A DNA stretch of 51,530 nucleotides from Bdellovibrionota bacterium. Its GTDB lineage: Bacteria; Bdellovibrionota_C; UBA2361; OMII01. This document shows positions 27,197-35,912 of the stretch, one piece after another. The stretch covers positions 1 to 51,530 of the forward strand of contig JBIIEK010000002.1 in NCBI GenBank assembly GCA_044237895.1. Direction: 5' to 3'. The position numbers and the translations under genes are program-made. Positions within the stretch are counted from its first letter, which is position 1. Each line of letters opens with the position of its first letter. Under the pieces are notes generated by a model. It searched no databases and was not told the DNA's origin. It saw only the letters and a list, made by a program, of their open reading frames with translations.

Positions 27197-27481
27197 TTGT
27201 GGGAGGGCCGCCGGCCCTCCAGTTGCATCCGTGTTGATTCTGCGATTCGCGCGTTCCCGCGATGATCGTGGGTGGAGGGCCGGCGGCCTCGCCGGCTTGT
27301 AGCGACCTTCGATAGAAATCACGTCGAAGCATTTGTACCTGCGGCCGGCGAGGCCGCCGGCCCTCCAATTGCATCCGTGTTGATTATGCGATTCGGGTGG
27401 TCCCGCCGGCCCTCCAGTTGTATCCGTGTTGATTATACGATTTGGGCGTTCCCGCAATGATTATGGAGGGGCGCAGCCCTC
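27197..27481. repeat. Intergenic array of GC-rich palindromic units (REP/BIME-like)
   Basis: Hairpin GGAGGGCCGCCGGCCCTCC at 27202-27220. Three copies of CCCTCCA.TTG.ATCCGTGTTGATT.T.CGATT at 27214, 27361 and 27408. A perfect 23-nt inverted repeat at 27274-27296 / 27344-27366. Confidence 0.8.
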
Positions 27482-27491
27482 GTCGCCCATG

Positions 27492-28940
27492 TTACTTCGA
27501 CGTGTCTCCGAGAACCGTTCGCTGCACGAATGCTATCTTGTTCGTGATGTGATCTGTTACCCAACTTTCATCCCACCACTCGTTCGGTGATACCGGAACT
27601 CCGTGAAGGCGCATCTCGAAATACACCTCCTCCGACTGCGAGAAACCTGATGCTCCGGTGCGGCCGATAGGCTGTGCTTTTTGAACCTCCTCACCCAATT
27701 TAACGGAGATCTCTGAGAGGTGGGCGTATACTGTGGATAGCCCGAAGCCGTGATCGATAACGATCGTGTTGCCGTTCAGGGTCAGATCGCCGACGAACGA
27801 CACTATACCCGAATTAGAGGCGACGACCTTTTGACGAGAGGACACCGGAAGGCGACTTCCGACGGAGGGCCCTTTAAGTACCTCTTGTCCATTGAAGAGC
27901 ACGGTTCGAATGTCGCCCGAGGCGTTTGTAGGATAGGTTGAAACTGGTTTGAGGAATGCGCCGTTCCAGAGCCGTCGTCCCTCCGTGCGACTGAGCGGAT
28001 CGCTTAAGATGCTCTCATCGTGTCGAGCGGAAGCCTTTATGAGATACCGAAGATCCGTCAGTGTGTCTCCGGAGAGGCGAGCCTTAATCGATTCGTTGGA
28101 AGGATTGGCTGCTAGGATGTTCTTGAGATTCGTTGCGCCTCTCTCATCTAACTTCACCGAGAAGGAGCCCCACTTCTTGAGGCGAATGCGATAATTGAAG
28201 GGTGCCGACGCTACGTTTCCGATCGAGTCGCGCGCGATGATCATCATAGAATCTTTCTGCTCATCGAAGCTTGGAGGGATGGGAAAGAAGGCGATGTACA
28301 GATCCTCTTGCCCCTGAAAGGAATCATCCCAAAAGCGGGCGGGGAATCCTGGATACAGGGATCCTTGCGCGAATACACCTTGAGAATCAGGGCGCTTTCC
28401 CCCAACTCGATAAAATACCAACTCGGAGCCGCCAAGTACGGAGTTCTGTTGCGGAGTGATCACATCGAGGCGTGGTTTGAGGAAATCTACGGTGAGGTTC
28501 TTTGACAGGCGAGCTCCATTGCTCCACAGGGAGCGGTCGAAAGCGAGCACCTGAATCTCAGCTTTGCCTTCGTGAAGGCCGAGCTTCTTGGGATCGACAG
28601 TTACCTTGACCGTATCGCTCTTAATTCCACCGAGTTGTTGCTTTCGCACGAGCTCCTTCGGTGTGTTGTTCTGAGAGATGCGAACGAGAACCTCATCGAG
28701 CCCGATGCCGCTATCCTTTATCTCTATCGTAAGGGGAGCGGCATCGGCTCCGAGCCCGAGCGGCTCCTGCGCCCACGATATTTCAGGAGGATCCCTCTCA
28801 AGGAAGAAGGGGTTTGCTGGATTAACGTTTGCGATCTGAATGAACGCGAATACACCTCCGGCGAGGATCGACGCAAAGAGTGTGAGTAGGAAGGTAGTAA
28901 ACACCGCTCCGCCACGCACTCGTCTCGATCGATTCATCAC
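27492..28940 (-). CDS. M23-family (LytM-domain) peptidoglycan endopeptidase
   Basis: N-terminal membrane anchor. The C-terminal region has IVIDHGFGLSTVYAHLS, GRTGASG and LHGVPVSP. Confidence 0.85.
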   Translation of the reverse strand: MMNRSRRVRGGAVFTTFLLTLFASILAGGVFAFIQIANVNPANPFFLERDPPEISWAQEPLGLGADAAPLTIEIKDSGIGLDEVLVRISQNNTPKELVRKQQLGGIKSDTVKVTVDPKKLGLHEGKAEIQVLAFDRSLWSNGARLSKNLTVDFLKPRLDVITPQQNSVLGGSELVFYRVGGKRPDSQGVFAQGSLYPGFPARFWDDSFQGQEDLYIAFFPIPPSFDEQKDSMMIIARDSIGNVASAPFNYRIRLKKWGSFSVKLDERGATNLKNILAANPSNESIKARLSGDTLTDLRYLIKASARHDESILSDPLSRTEGRRLWNGAFLKPVSTYPTNASGDIRTVLFNGQEVLKGPSVGSRLPVSSRQKVVASNSGIVSFVGDLTLNGNTIVIDHGFGLSTVYAHLSEISVKLGEEVQKAQPIGRTGASGFSQSEEVYFEMRLHGVPVSPNEWWDESWVTDHITNKIAFVQRTVLGDTSK

Positions 28941-28947
28941 AAGCCCC

Positions 28948-30462
28948 TTAGAATGCGTTTATTCTCTCTTTTACCACCTCAAGAGCTCTGTCGATGCTCA
29001 CGCGGTCCTGCTTAGTTGTGTCGCGATCTCGGATCGTCACCGTGTTGTCCTGAAGTGTTTGGTGATCGATCGTCAGGCAGTATGGCGTGCCTACCTCGTC
29101 GTGGCGAGCGTAACGCTTGCCGATCGATTGCTGTTCATCGTAGCTGGCGTTGATTCCCGCTTTGTAAAAATCGGCCACGATCTTTCGACCGACATCCGGT
29201 AGTCCGTCCTTCTTAACGAGCGGAAGTACTGCAACTTTGAAGGGCGCGAGACGGGGATGAAGCTTCAGAAGAACTCGGGTTTTTGTTTGGCCGTCTGCGT
29301 CAACGCCTTCCTCTTCTGCGTACGCGTCGCATAGGTATGCAAGGCACGCGCGTGTGAGTCCGGCAGCGGGCTCGATGACGTAAGGAACGTATCGAACGCC
29401 GGGCTTTCCAGTCGTTGGATCGATCTTTTGTTGGTCGAAGTAGCTAAGCTTAACACCTGACTCCTCCGCATGCTTGCTCAGGTCGTAGTCTGTGCGCGAA
29501 GCGACACCTTCGAGTTCATCCCATCCCCAAGGATAGTTGTAGTCGATGTCGTAGCAGTCGTCTGCGTAATGAGCGAGCTCGTCCGCTTCGTGTTGACGGA
29601 GTCGGAATGCAGCTTTGTTGTTCGCGTATCGCTGCCACCACGACATTCGAGTTTCGGTCCAGTACTTGAGCCACTCCTTCTGAGTTCCTGGCTCGCAGAA
29701 GTACTCCATCTCCATCTGTTCAAACTCGCATGTGCGGAAGATGAACTTTTCAGTGGTAACTTCATTTCGGAACGATTTGCCCTGTTGAGCGATACCGAAG
29801 GGTACCTTCATCGACATCGTTTGCTGCACGTTCATAAACTGAACGAACATCGCCTGGGCTGTCTCGGGGCGAAGGTATATGGCACTCGAGCGCACAGCCT
29901 CCTCCAGTTTTTCCCGAAGCTCCGCTCGTGAGAGCTCTTTGCCTTGGATCTCTGAGAGGAAATTATCGAGGGGATCTACCGGACCGATCGAGGTCTTGAA
30001 CATGAGGTTAAACTGGCGCTCATCCGAGAGTAGTGAGCTGCTGCAGTGAGGACACACGTATCCGCACGTACCAACAGTGCCGGCTGTTTTCTCTCCACTT
30101 GTTTTGCCACCCTTGACCCAGGTAATGGCGGTTCCTGGCTCCATCTGCGGTGCTTTGTCAGCGCGGAAGCGCTCCTTGCAGTTCAAGCAGTCGACGAGGG
30201 GGTCTGAGAATCCAGCCAAGTGCCCGCTCGCCTTCCAGACGCTCGGATGCATCATAATTGAAGCGTCGATACCAACGACGTCCTCACGCTCATGAACCAT
30301 GAACTTCCACCACTCCGCGGCGATGTTGCGCTTAAGTTCTACACCAAGGGGACCGTAATCGTAGGCGCTCTTTAGCCCGCCGTAGATCTCGCTGCTTTGG
30401 AAGATGAATCCGCGTCGTTTGGTAAGTGACACGATCTTGTTGAGGGTATCGTTTGAAGTCAT
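28948..30462 (-). CDS. glyQS: Glycine--tRNA ligase (homodimeric class II, GlyQS type)
   Basis: Contains RRGFIFQSSEIYGG, LRPETAQAMFVQF and SFRNE.T...FIFRTCEFEQMEMEYF, plus a C-terminal anticodon-binding domain. Length is 504 aa. Confidence 0.95.
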   Translation of the reverse strand: MTSNDTLNKIVSLTKRRGFIFQSSEIYGGLKSAYDYGPLGVELKRNIAAEWWKFMVHEREDVVGIDASIMMHPSVWKASGHLAGFSDPLVDCLNCKERFRADKAPQMEPGTAITWVKGGKTSGEKTAGTVGTCGYVCPHCSSSLLSDERQFNLMFKTSIGPVDPLDNFLSEIQGKELSRAELREKLEEAVRSSAIYLRPETAQAMFVQFMNVQQTMSMKVPFGIAQQGKSFRNEVTTEKFIFRTCEFEQMEMEYFCEPGTQKEWLKYWTETRMSWWQRYANNKAAFRLRQHEADELAHYADDCYDIDYNYPWGWDELEGVASRTDYDLSKHAEESGVKLSYFDQQKIDPTTGKPGVRYVPYVIEPAAGLTRACLAYLCDAYAEEEGVDADGQTKTRVLLKLHPRLAPFKVAVLPLVKKDGLPDVGRKIVADFYKAGINASYDEQQSIGKRYARHDEVGTPYCLTIDHQTLQDNTVTIRDRDTTKQDRVSIDRALEVVKERINAF

Positions 30463-30540
30463 AAGTACACCGGCTCTTGAAGTGCTACGCCTTCGCGCAG
30501 CGTTCTGTAGACTCTCTTACTCTACCCGCCGCGCTCGGCG

Positions 30541-30613
30541 TCGTGCTTGAGCGCGCTTAGGTTTCGTCGCGCTTAAGCGCGCAAAGGCCCGCTCGTGCTT
30601 AAGCGCGCTTAGG
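30541..30613. promoter_or_regulatory. Three nested-palindrome repeats in the glyQS upstream region (candidate operator or structured leader)
   Basis: TCGTGCTTGAGCGCGCTTAGG (30541), TCGTCGCGCTTAAGCGCGCAAAGG (30564; 14-bp palindrome CGCGCTTAAGCGCG at 30568-30581) and CTCGTGCTTAAGCGCGCTTAGG (30592; 12-bp palindrome TAAGCGCGCTTA). Confidence 0.4.
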
Positions 30614-30821
30614 CCTAATCGTGACAGTGCGAACGGTTCTCTCACCGCACGCAACGGCCTGAAAAGAGTTGGCTTTTAAGGTATCCTGTATTGGTCTTAG
30701 TCTCAAGGGTCCAAGCGCGAAACGGCGCCCTCACAGCAGCACGCCCGGGGCAATATCCGGGCTAGACCACGGAGGGTATTTCGGGCATAAGTCGGAGGGT
30801 CTACATCCCTATCGAGGTTCC

Positions 30822-31187
30822 ATGAGTTACGAATTCTATAAAGTTCTCCATGTTTTAGGTCTCTCTCTCGTAGTGTTATCCCTAGGAGGAATCCTTCATC
30901 ACGTCATCAATGGTGGGTCGAAGGTGAGTGATACCTTTCGCAAGGGAACCATGATGACCCACGGCGTGGGACTGCTTCTCCTTTTGGTGGCCGGTTTTGG
31001 AATGCTCGCTAAGCAGGGGATTCACTCCGTTCCGGGATGGGTTGGAGCCAAATTCGCCATATGGCTCGTTCTCGGCGCTTTTGTTGGGATCGCGTACAAG
31101 AAGCAGCAGCTGGCCAAGAAGTTTTGGTTGGTAATTCCAGTGCTGGTGGTAGTTGCGACAGCGCTTGCGGTGTTCAAGTCCGTATAG
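30822..31187 (+). CDS. Hypothetical small 4-TM membrane protein
   Basis: 121 aa from the ATG at 30822, with four hydrophobic helices. The upstream part of the ORF (from the TTG at 30669) is Arg/Gly/Ser-rich and unlikely to be coding. Confidence 0.5.
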   Translation: MSYEFYKVLHVLGLSLVVLSLGGILHHVINGGSKVSDTFRKGTMMTHGVGLLLLLVAGFGMLAKQGIHSVPGWVGAKFAIWLVLGAFVGIAYKKQQLAKKFWLVIPVLVVVATALAVFKSV

Positions 31188-31198
31188 CGTATGCGGCG

Positions 31199-32281
31199 TT
31201 ACGCCGCTCTCTCAACGAGCTGGTATGTGGTGGTTCGCTCTTGCGGAGTTAGGCCTGCCGCTCGAATGAGGTGTTGGATCTCGCTCGTATCGAGAGCGTC
31301 GGGCGAGTGAGATCCTGCCATATGGTAAATCTTCTCTTCAGTCACCGTGCCGTCGATATCATTAGCTCCGCAGAGGAGCGCGGTCTGGGCCGTCTTTATC
31401 CCGAGCATCACCCAGTACGCCTTCACGTGAGGGATGTTGTCTAGCATAAGGCGACTCACTGAGATAACCCGTAGGTCATCAATGGCTGTTGGTGCAGGGA
31501 GCCTCTCCATTCGATTTCCCTCGTTGTGAAAAGCAAGGGGGATGAATACCTGGAAGCCGTTTGTGTCATCCTGAAGGTCGCGAAGTCGGATCATGTGGTC
31601 CACGCGCTCTTCGATCGTTTCTATCGTTCCGTAGAGCATCGTGCAGTTGCTCTTAAGACCGAGGTTGTGCGCCGCACGGTGAGCATCAAGCCACTCTTCT
31701 GCGGTAGCTTTGTCCCGACAGATCTTCTTTCTCACCCGGTCGCTGAATATTTCAGCGCCCCCACCGGGCATTGAGCCGAGCCCTGCATCCTTCAGCAGTT
31801 TCAATACGTCGGTATAGGTCATCGAATACTTTTGCGCGAAATAGTGGATCTCCACCGCCGTAAAGGCCTTGATATGAAGGGCGGGAAACTCCTTTCGAAT
31901 CATTCTGAGGAGGTTTGGATAATACTCGAACTCCAGGTCTGGATTGAGTCCATTCACGATGTGAATCTCGGTCATCCCGACCTTGTAGCGGTCCCGAATC
32001 CATTTTTCAGCGTCCTCGACGGACATCGTGTATGCTTGGGGCATCCCCGTTTTTAGCCGCGCAAATGAGCAGAAGAGGCAGCTTGCTTCGCAGACGTTCG
32101 TTGAGTTGAGGTGCAGGTTCCAGTTGTAGTACGTGGTGGTTCCGTGGAGTTTCAGGCGCACGGAGTGGGCCAGCCGCGCTACGGCAAGGACGTCAGGGTG
32201 CTGAAAGAGGGAGCATCCATCTTCAAGCGAGAGACGCTCGCCACGTTCGACCTTCTTTTCAATACTCTCAAAGCTTGTCAC
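31199..32281 (-). CDS. mqnE: Radical SAM menaquinone (futalosine-pathway) enzyme, most like aminodeoxyfutalosine synthase MqnE; MqnC is not excluded
   Basis: Contains the CxxxCxxC cluster NSTNVCEASCLFCSFA, EIHIVNGLNP, GGGAEIF and FQVFIPLAFHNEGN, a CofH/MqnE-type pattern. Neighbouring quinone genes support the call. Confidence 0.78.
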   Translation of the reverse strand: MTSFESIEKKVERGERLSLEDGCSLFQHPDVLAVARLAHSVRLKLHGTTTYYNWNLHLNSTNVCEASCLFCSFARLKTGMPQAYTMSVEDAEKWIRDRYKVGMTEIHIVNGLNPDLEFEYYPNLLRMIRKEFPALHIKAFTAVEIHYFAQKYSMTYTDVLKLLKDAGLGSMPGGGAEIFSDRVRKKICRDKATAEEWLDAHRAAHNLGLKSNCTMLYGTIETIEERVDHMIRLRDLQDDTNGFQVFIPLAFHNEGNRMERLPAPTAIDDLRVISVSRLMLDNIPHVKAYWVMLGIKTAQTALLCGANDIDGTVTEEKIYHMAGSHSPDALDTSEIQHLIRAAGLTPQERTTTYQLVERAA

Positions 32282-33098
32282 TCGCGCTACTCCAGGAAGC
32301 GAATACCATGCAGGCGCTCATAATAATCAAAAAGAGGATGTAAATACCAGCAGCGCCTTTAATGGTTTCAGAAGGGATCGTTTGCGGCGATAGCGCGCGC
32401 ATTACCACCCGACGAGCCGCGAGGAGGGCGGCATAGGTGATTACGTACATCGGAGAGAGCTGATACGCGAGAGCCATCGTGGCGATAATGATAGGCCCCC
32501 CACACACAGCTATTCGATAGAGGGGCACAACCACCCGTGATGATGAAATAGCGGCGAAGGCGGCGCTGTACCAGGATGCTTCAACTGCTCCAAGCGAGAG
32601 GCCGAGGGCGATGGAGCATACGACGCTCTGCCAATGGAGCGTGGAGAGAGCTGAGAGGAAGGTTGTCAGGGAGAGCAATGAGTGTGCACCTATCGCGGCT
32701 AAAAAAGCTATCGTCGGTCGGCCGTTCTCCCATCCTGAGCGAGACATGCCTCGCAGCGAGAGCGAGGCAAGCATCAGTAAGAATACGCTCTGGGTTACAT
32801 AGCTTCGGAAGTACTGGAGCATGATCAGGGTCAGGATACCGCACAGGAGTGACACGATGAGGTAACCGTTCGTTTGCGCGCTTCGGGTTGCTTTTGCTTT
32901 TAGGTAGAGGATCATCGCGCCCTCCACCATATTCCAGGTGACCACCAGCACGAGGCTAATCAGGGAGGTCTGGATAAACAGTGCTCCTAGAGTGGGATCG
33001 CTGGGGATTATTGGGGCTATCGCAGCCGGCGCAGCCAGGGGAGATAGTCGAAGAAAAGCGAAAAGAGGGGGCTCCCAGAGCCTTCGAGAGGATGTCAT
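32268..33098 (-). CDS. Hypothetical polytopic membrane protein, translationally coupled to the mqnE-like gene
   Basis: 276 aa with about 8 hydrophobic helices. Its 3' end overlaps the downstream mqnE-like start by 14 nt. No recognisable motif. Confidence 0.5.
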   Translation of the reverse strand: MTSSRRLWEPPLFAFLRLSPLAAPAAIAPIIPSDPTLGALFIQTSLISLVLVVTWNMVEGAMILYLKAKATRSAQTNGYLIVSLLCGILTLIMLQYFRSYVTQSVFLLMLASLSLRGMSRSGWENGRPTIAFLAAIGAHSLLSLTTFLSALSTLHWQSVVCSIALGLSLGAVEASWYSAAFAAISSSRVVVPLYRIAVCGGPIIIATMALAYQLSPMYVITYAALLAARRVVMRALSPQTIPSETIKGAAGIYILFLIIMSACMVFASWSSASDKL

Positions 33099-33226
33099 AG
33101 CGGCAAACCTACCCTGACTTTTAAGGAGGCGGAAGGGGCCTATCTTGTGCTGATGTGTCGTATTTTGGTGTTTAGGGGAGGGGTCTCCGGAATTGTACGA
33201 ATAGTACTGTATTGTAAGGGGGGTGT

Positions 33227-33976
33227 ATGTGGGCTTACTCTAGCCCCATGGAACAGGTAACCGCTGACATGGCTACGCTTGATCGACCCACATCGACTGG
33301 GTCAGTGCGTACTATGTTTGATCGGATAGCGCCTACCTACGACAAGCTCAACTGGTTATTAAGCCTTGGTGTTAATCGATTGTGGGAGCGAAAGCTCGTA
33401 CGAAAGTTGCCAAAAGCCCCCGGTGGCTTGTGTCTCGATGCATGTACTGGAACGGGCGCTCTTGTTCCGCGACTTGCCCCTCATTTTCGTGGGGTGGTTG
33501 CAGTTGATATCTCGCCGCAGATGCTCTCGAGAGGTCGAAAGCGATGTCAGGGTATCGACGGGACCGCGTGGATCGAATCTGACGCACAAGATCTCCCGTT
33601 TGCCGACGAATCTTTCAATGCCGTCTCCGTTTCATACGGAATCAGGAATCTTCCCTCTCCCGAGACAGGTCTTCGAGAGCTCCACCGAGTGTGCGCTACT
33701 GGAGGAACGATCGGAGTTCTTGAGTTCGGGCAGCCAACCCTCCCTATTTGGAAGGACATCTTCAAGGTATACGCGAAACATATCATTCCTGCGGTGGGAG
33801 AGTACTTCTCAGGAGAGCGTGGCGCGTACGAATACCTTCCACGTACCGCAGCGGCTTTTCCATGTGGCGCCGCCTTTGAAGAGCTCTTAAAGACGTCAGG
33901 ATGGACGCCTCGGGAGACCGTGTCCCTTTGCGGAGGCATCGCCTACATCTATATTGCTGATAAGCTTCCTGCGTAG
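33227..33976 (+). CDS. ubiE: Demethylmenaquinone/ubiquinone C-methyltransferase (UbiE/MenG)
   Basis: Contains VRTMFDRIAPTYDKLN, SAM motif CLDACTGTGAL, FNAVSVSYGIRNL and GGIAYIY. Confidence 0.88.
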   Translation: MWAYSSPMEQVTADMATLDRPTSTGSVRTMFDRIAPTYDKLNWLLSLGVNRLWERKLVRKLPKAPGGLCLDACTGTGALVPRLAPHFRGVVAVDISPQMLSRGRKRCQGIDGTAWIESDAQDLPFADESFNAVSVSYGIRNLPSPETGLRELHRVCATGGTIGVLEFGQPTLPIWKDIFKVYAKHIIPAVGEYFSGERGAYEYLPRTAAAFPCGAAFEELLKTSGWTPRETVSLCGGIAYIYIADKLPA

Positions 33977-34010
33977 CGGACGGCGATAACCGAAAAAGCC
34001 CCTGTTTGAT

Positions 34011-34736
34011 ATGCACATCCGGATGCCGTCGCTTCGGTGGATGAGCAAGGCCCAGCGTGCTACGATACTGGGGAATGTTTGTATAAAGGCTCTGCAAAAG
34101 CTCGATGAGGGATGCGTGACTAAGGTAGCCACCGATCAGGTATGGGTAGTCGGAGTGACTGGGGCGAGTGGTGTTCGTTACGCCCTTCGCCTTTTACAGG
34201 TGCTGCCATCGCTCGTGCGTGAGGTTCACGTCGTGTTCTCTGACGCCGCTCTTCGGGTGCTTCACGATGAGGAAGGGGTTGCCATAAATCCATCATCGCT
34301 CTCCGCCGAGAGGCTGCTCGGCATCGAAGCCTCGAACGTTACCTTCTACAATCCCCGAGATATCGGCGCTCGCATCGCGTCTGGTTCTATGCTTACCACC
34401 GGTATGGTCGTCATTCCGTGTTCAATGGCGACACTTGGAGCGATAGCTCATGGTATTCCAACACATCTCGTCCACCGAGCCGCGGATGTGGCTATGAAAG
34501 AGGGTCGGCCGTTGATAGTGGTGCCACGGGAAACGCCCCTTTCTCCGATTCACCTGGAGAATATGTTAAAGCTCAGCAAATACGGTGTACGGATCGTGCC
34601 TGCGATGCCCGCGTTCTATCACCGTCCCAAGAGCGTCGAGGATATGATCGATCAGTTCGTCATGAAGGTGCTCGATAGCATGGGCGTCCCTCACTCCCTC
34701 GGTTCTCGTTGGAAAGAGCCGAAGACGGAGTCGTGA
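34011..34736 (+). CDS. ubiX: UbiX-family flavin prenyltransferase (MqnL-like)
   Basis: Contains VVGVTGASGVRYALRLLQVL, MVVIPCSMATLGAIAHG and LIVVPRETPLS. The N-terminal roughly 40 aa of the ORF are probably not translated, so the true start is likely downstream. Confidence 0.86.
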   Translation: MHIRMPSLRWMSKAQRATILGNVCIKALQKLDEGCVTKVATDQVWVVGVTGASGVRYALRLLQVLPSLVREVHVVFSDAALRVLHDEEGVAINPSSLSAERLLGIEASNVTFYNPRDIGARIASGSMLTTGMVVIPCSMATLGAIAHGIPTHLVHRAADVAMKEGRPLIVVPRETPLSPIHLENMLKLSKYGVRIVPAMPAFYHRPKSVEDMIDQFVMKVLDSMGVPHSLGSRWKEPKTES

Positions 34737-34737
34737 G

Positions 34738-35595
34738 ATGGGGTTCACTAAGCAGGTCGTAACGTGGGGGAGCCTCGTAAAGTTTTCCCACACCATCTTC
34801 GCACTTCCTTTTGCGCTCATTATGGTGGTGCTCGTAAGTCGAGAGAGATCTCTCTCCGTCCTAAGCCTTGTGACGCTTATTGTGTGCATCGTCTCCGCAC
34901 GTACCGCAGCGATGGGTTTTAATAGATTAGTCGATGTCGAGATAGACAAGGAGAATCCCCGTACCAGCAACCGCGAGATGCCTCGGGGTCTCGTGACGAA
35001 TCGTGAGGTTATCGGGCTGGTGGCAGTGGCGTGCGTAGTGTTTATGGCAGGCTCGGCGCTTTTGGGCTTGCACTGTCTTGTGTTGGCTCCCGTCGTACTC
35101 GTGGTCTTGCTCGGATATTCCTACGTAAAACGGTTCTCCTCTCTTTGCCACCTTATTCTCGGGGTCGCGTTAGCCCTCGCTCCAGGAGGTGTATGGTACG
35201 CACTCACCGCTGAGTGGTCGTGGCGACCGGTGCCGCTCATGGGAGCGGTCGCTTTGTGGGTTGCTGGGTTTGATATCTTGTACAGTTGTCAGGACGAGGA
35301 GTTTGATAGAGTGTCGGGACTCTTTAGCGTTCCGAGTGTCGTCGGGCTCGTATGGGCGATTCGAATAGCCACGATCCTTCACCTAGGGGCCGTAGCAATG
35401 CTTCTATGGAGTGGGCTCCTCTTTAATGTGGGCCTGACGTATTACCTAGGCGTCGCGCTCTTTGGGGGGCTTCTTCTGAGCCAGTATCTTGCAATCGCTC
35501 GCCATGGCACTTCGTGCATCGACCAGGTGTTTTTTACTCGCAACGGCGCGGCGAGCATCCTCCTCCTTCTGGCCGTTGTGATTGATGCCTACTGA
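34738..35595 (+). CDS. UbiA-family aromatic polyprenyltransferase (MqnP-like candidate)
   Basis: Contains NRLVDVEIDKENPRT (NxxxDxxxD) and a second Asp-rich motif, YSCQDEEFDRVSG. About 8 TMs. The ATG lies 1 nt after the ubiX stop. Confidence 0.88.
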   Translation: MGFTKQVVTWGSLVKFSHTIFALPFALIMVVLVSRERSLSVLSLVTLIVCIVSARTAAMGFNRLVDVEIDKENPRTSNREMPRGLVTNREVIGLVAVACVVFMAGSALLGLHCLVLAPVVLVVLLGYSYVKRFSSLCHLILGVALALAPGGVWYALTAEWSWRPVPLMGAVALWVAGFDILYSCQDEEFDRVSGLFSVPSVVGLVWAIRIATILHLGAVAMLLWSGLLFNVGLTYYLGVALFGGLLLSQYLAIARHGTSCIDQVFFTRNGAASILLLLAVVIDAY

Positions 35596-35912
35596 TCGAC
35601 GCTTCCCTGCATGGCCCCGTTGAAAATGGTATTCGCATCCGTTCGAATGTGTCGCTATCGGTTCTTTCGTTTGGGGTGAACTTTTTCAGTGCGCCAGGTG
35701 TGCTACCTTCTGACGTTGCGACGCTACCGTGTCGAGGGGTAACAGTTTTGAGCAGGGTGGCGTCAGTGATTTTCGGGTCATTAATGTAGCGTTTGGCAAA
35801 AACTTCATCGGCGTGTCGAAGTCTGCGATACCTCGAGTATGTTTCTCCCCAAAGATGACGCTCTCGCCTCGTGAAGAGGGGCGTAGATAAAAGGGGATTT
35901 TTTTAAGAGTCG

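Noticed and set aside
30463-30668. T-box riboswitch upstream of glyQS.
   Set aside because: On the coding (minus) strand I see no T-box core (GGTGGTACCGCG-like) or specifier-loop architecture. The region is dominated by DNA palindromes instead.
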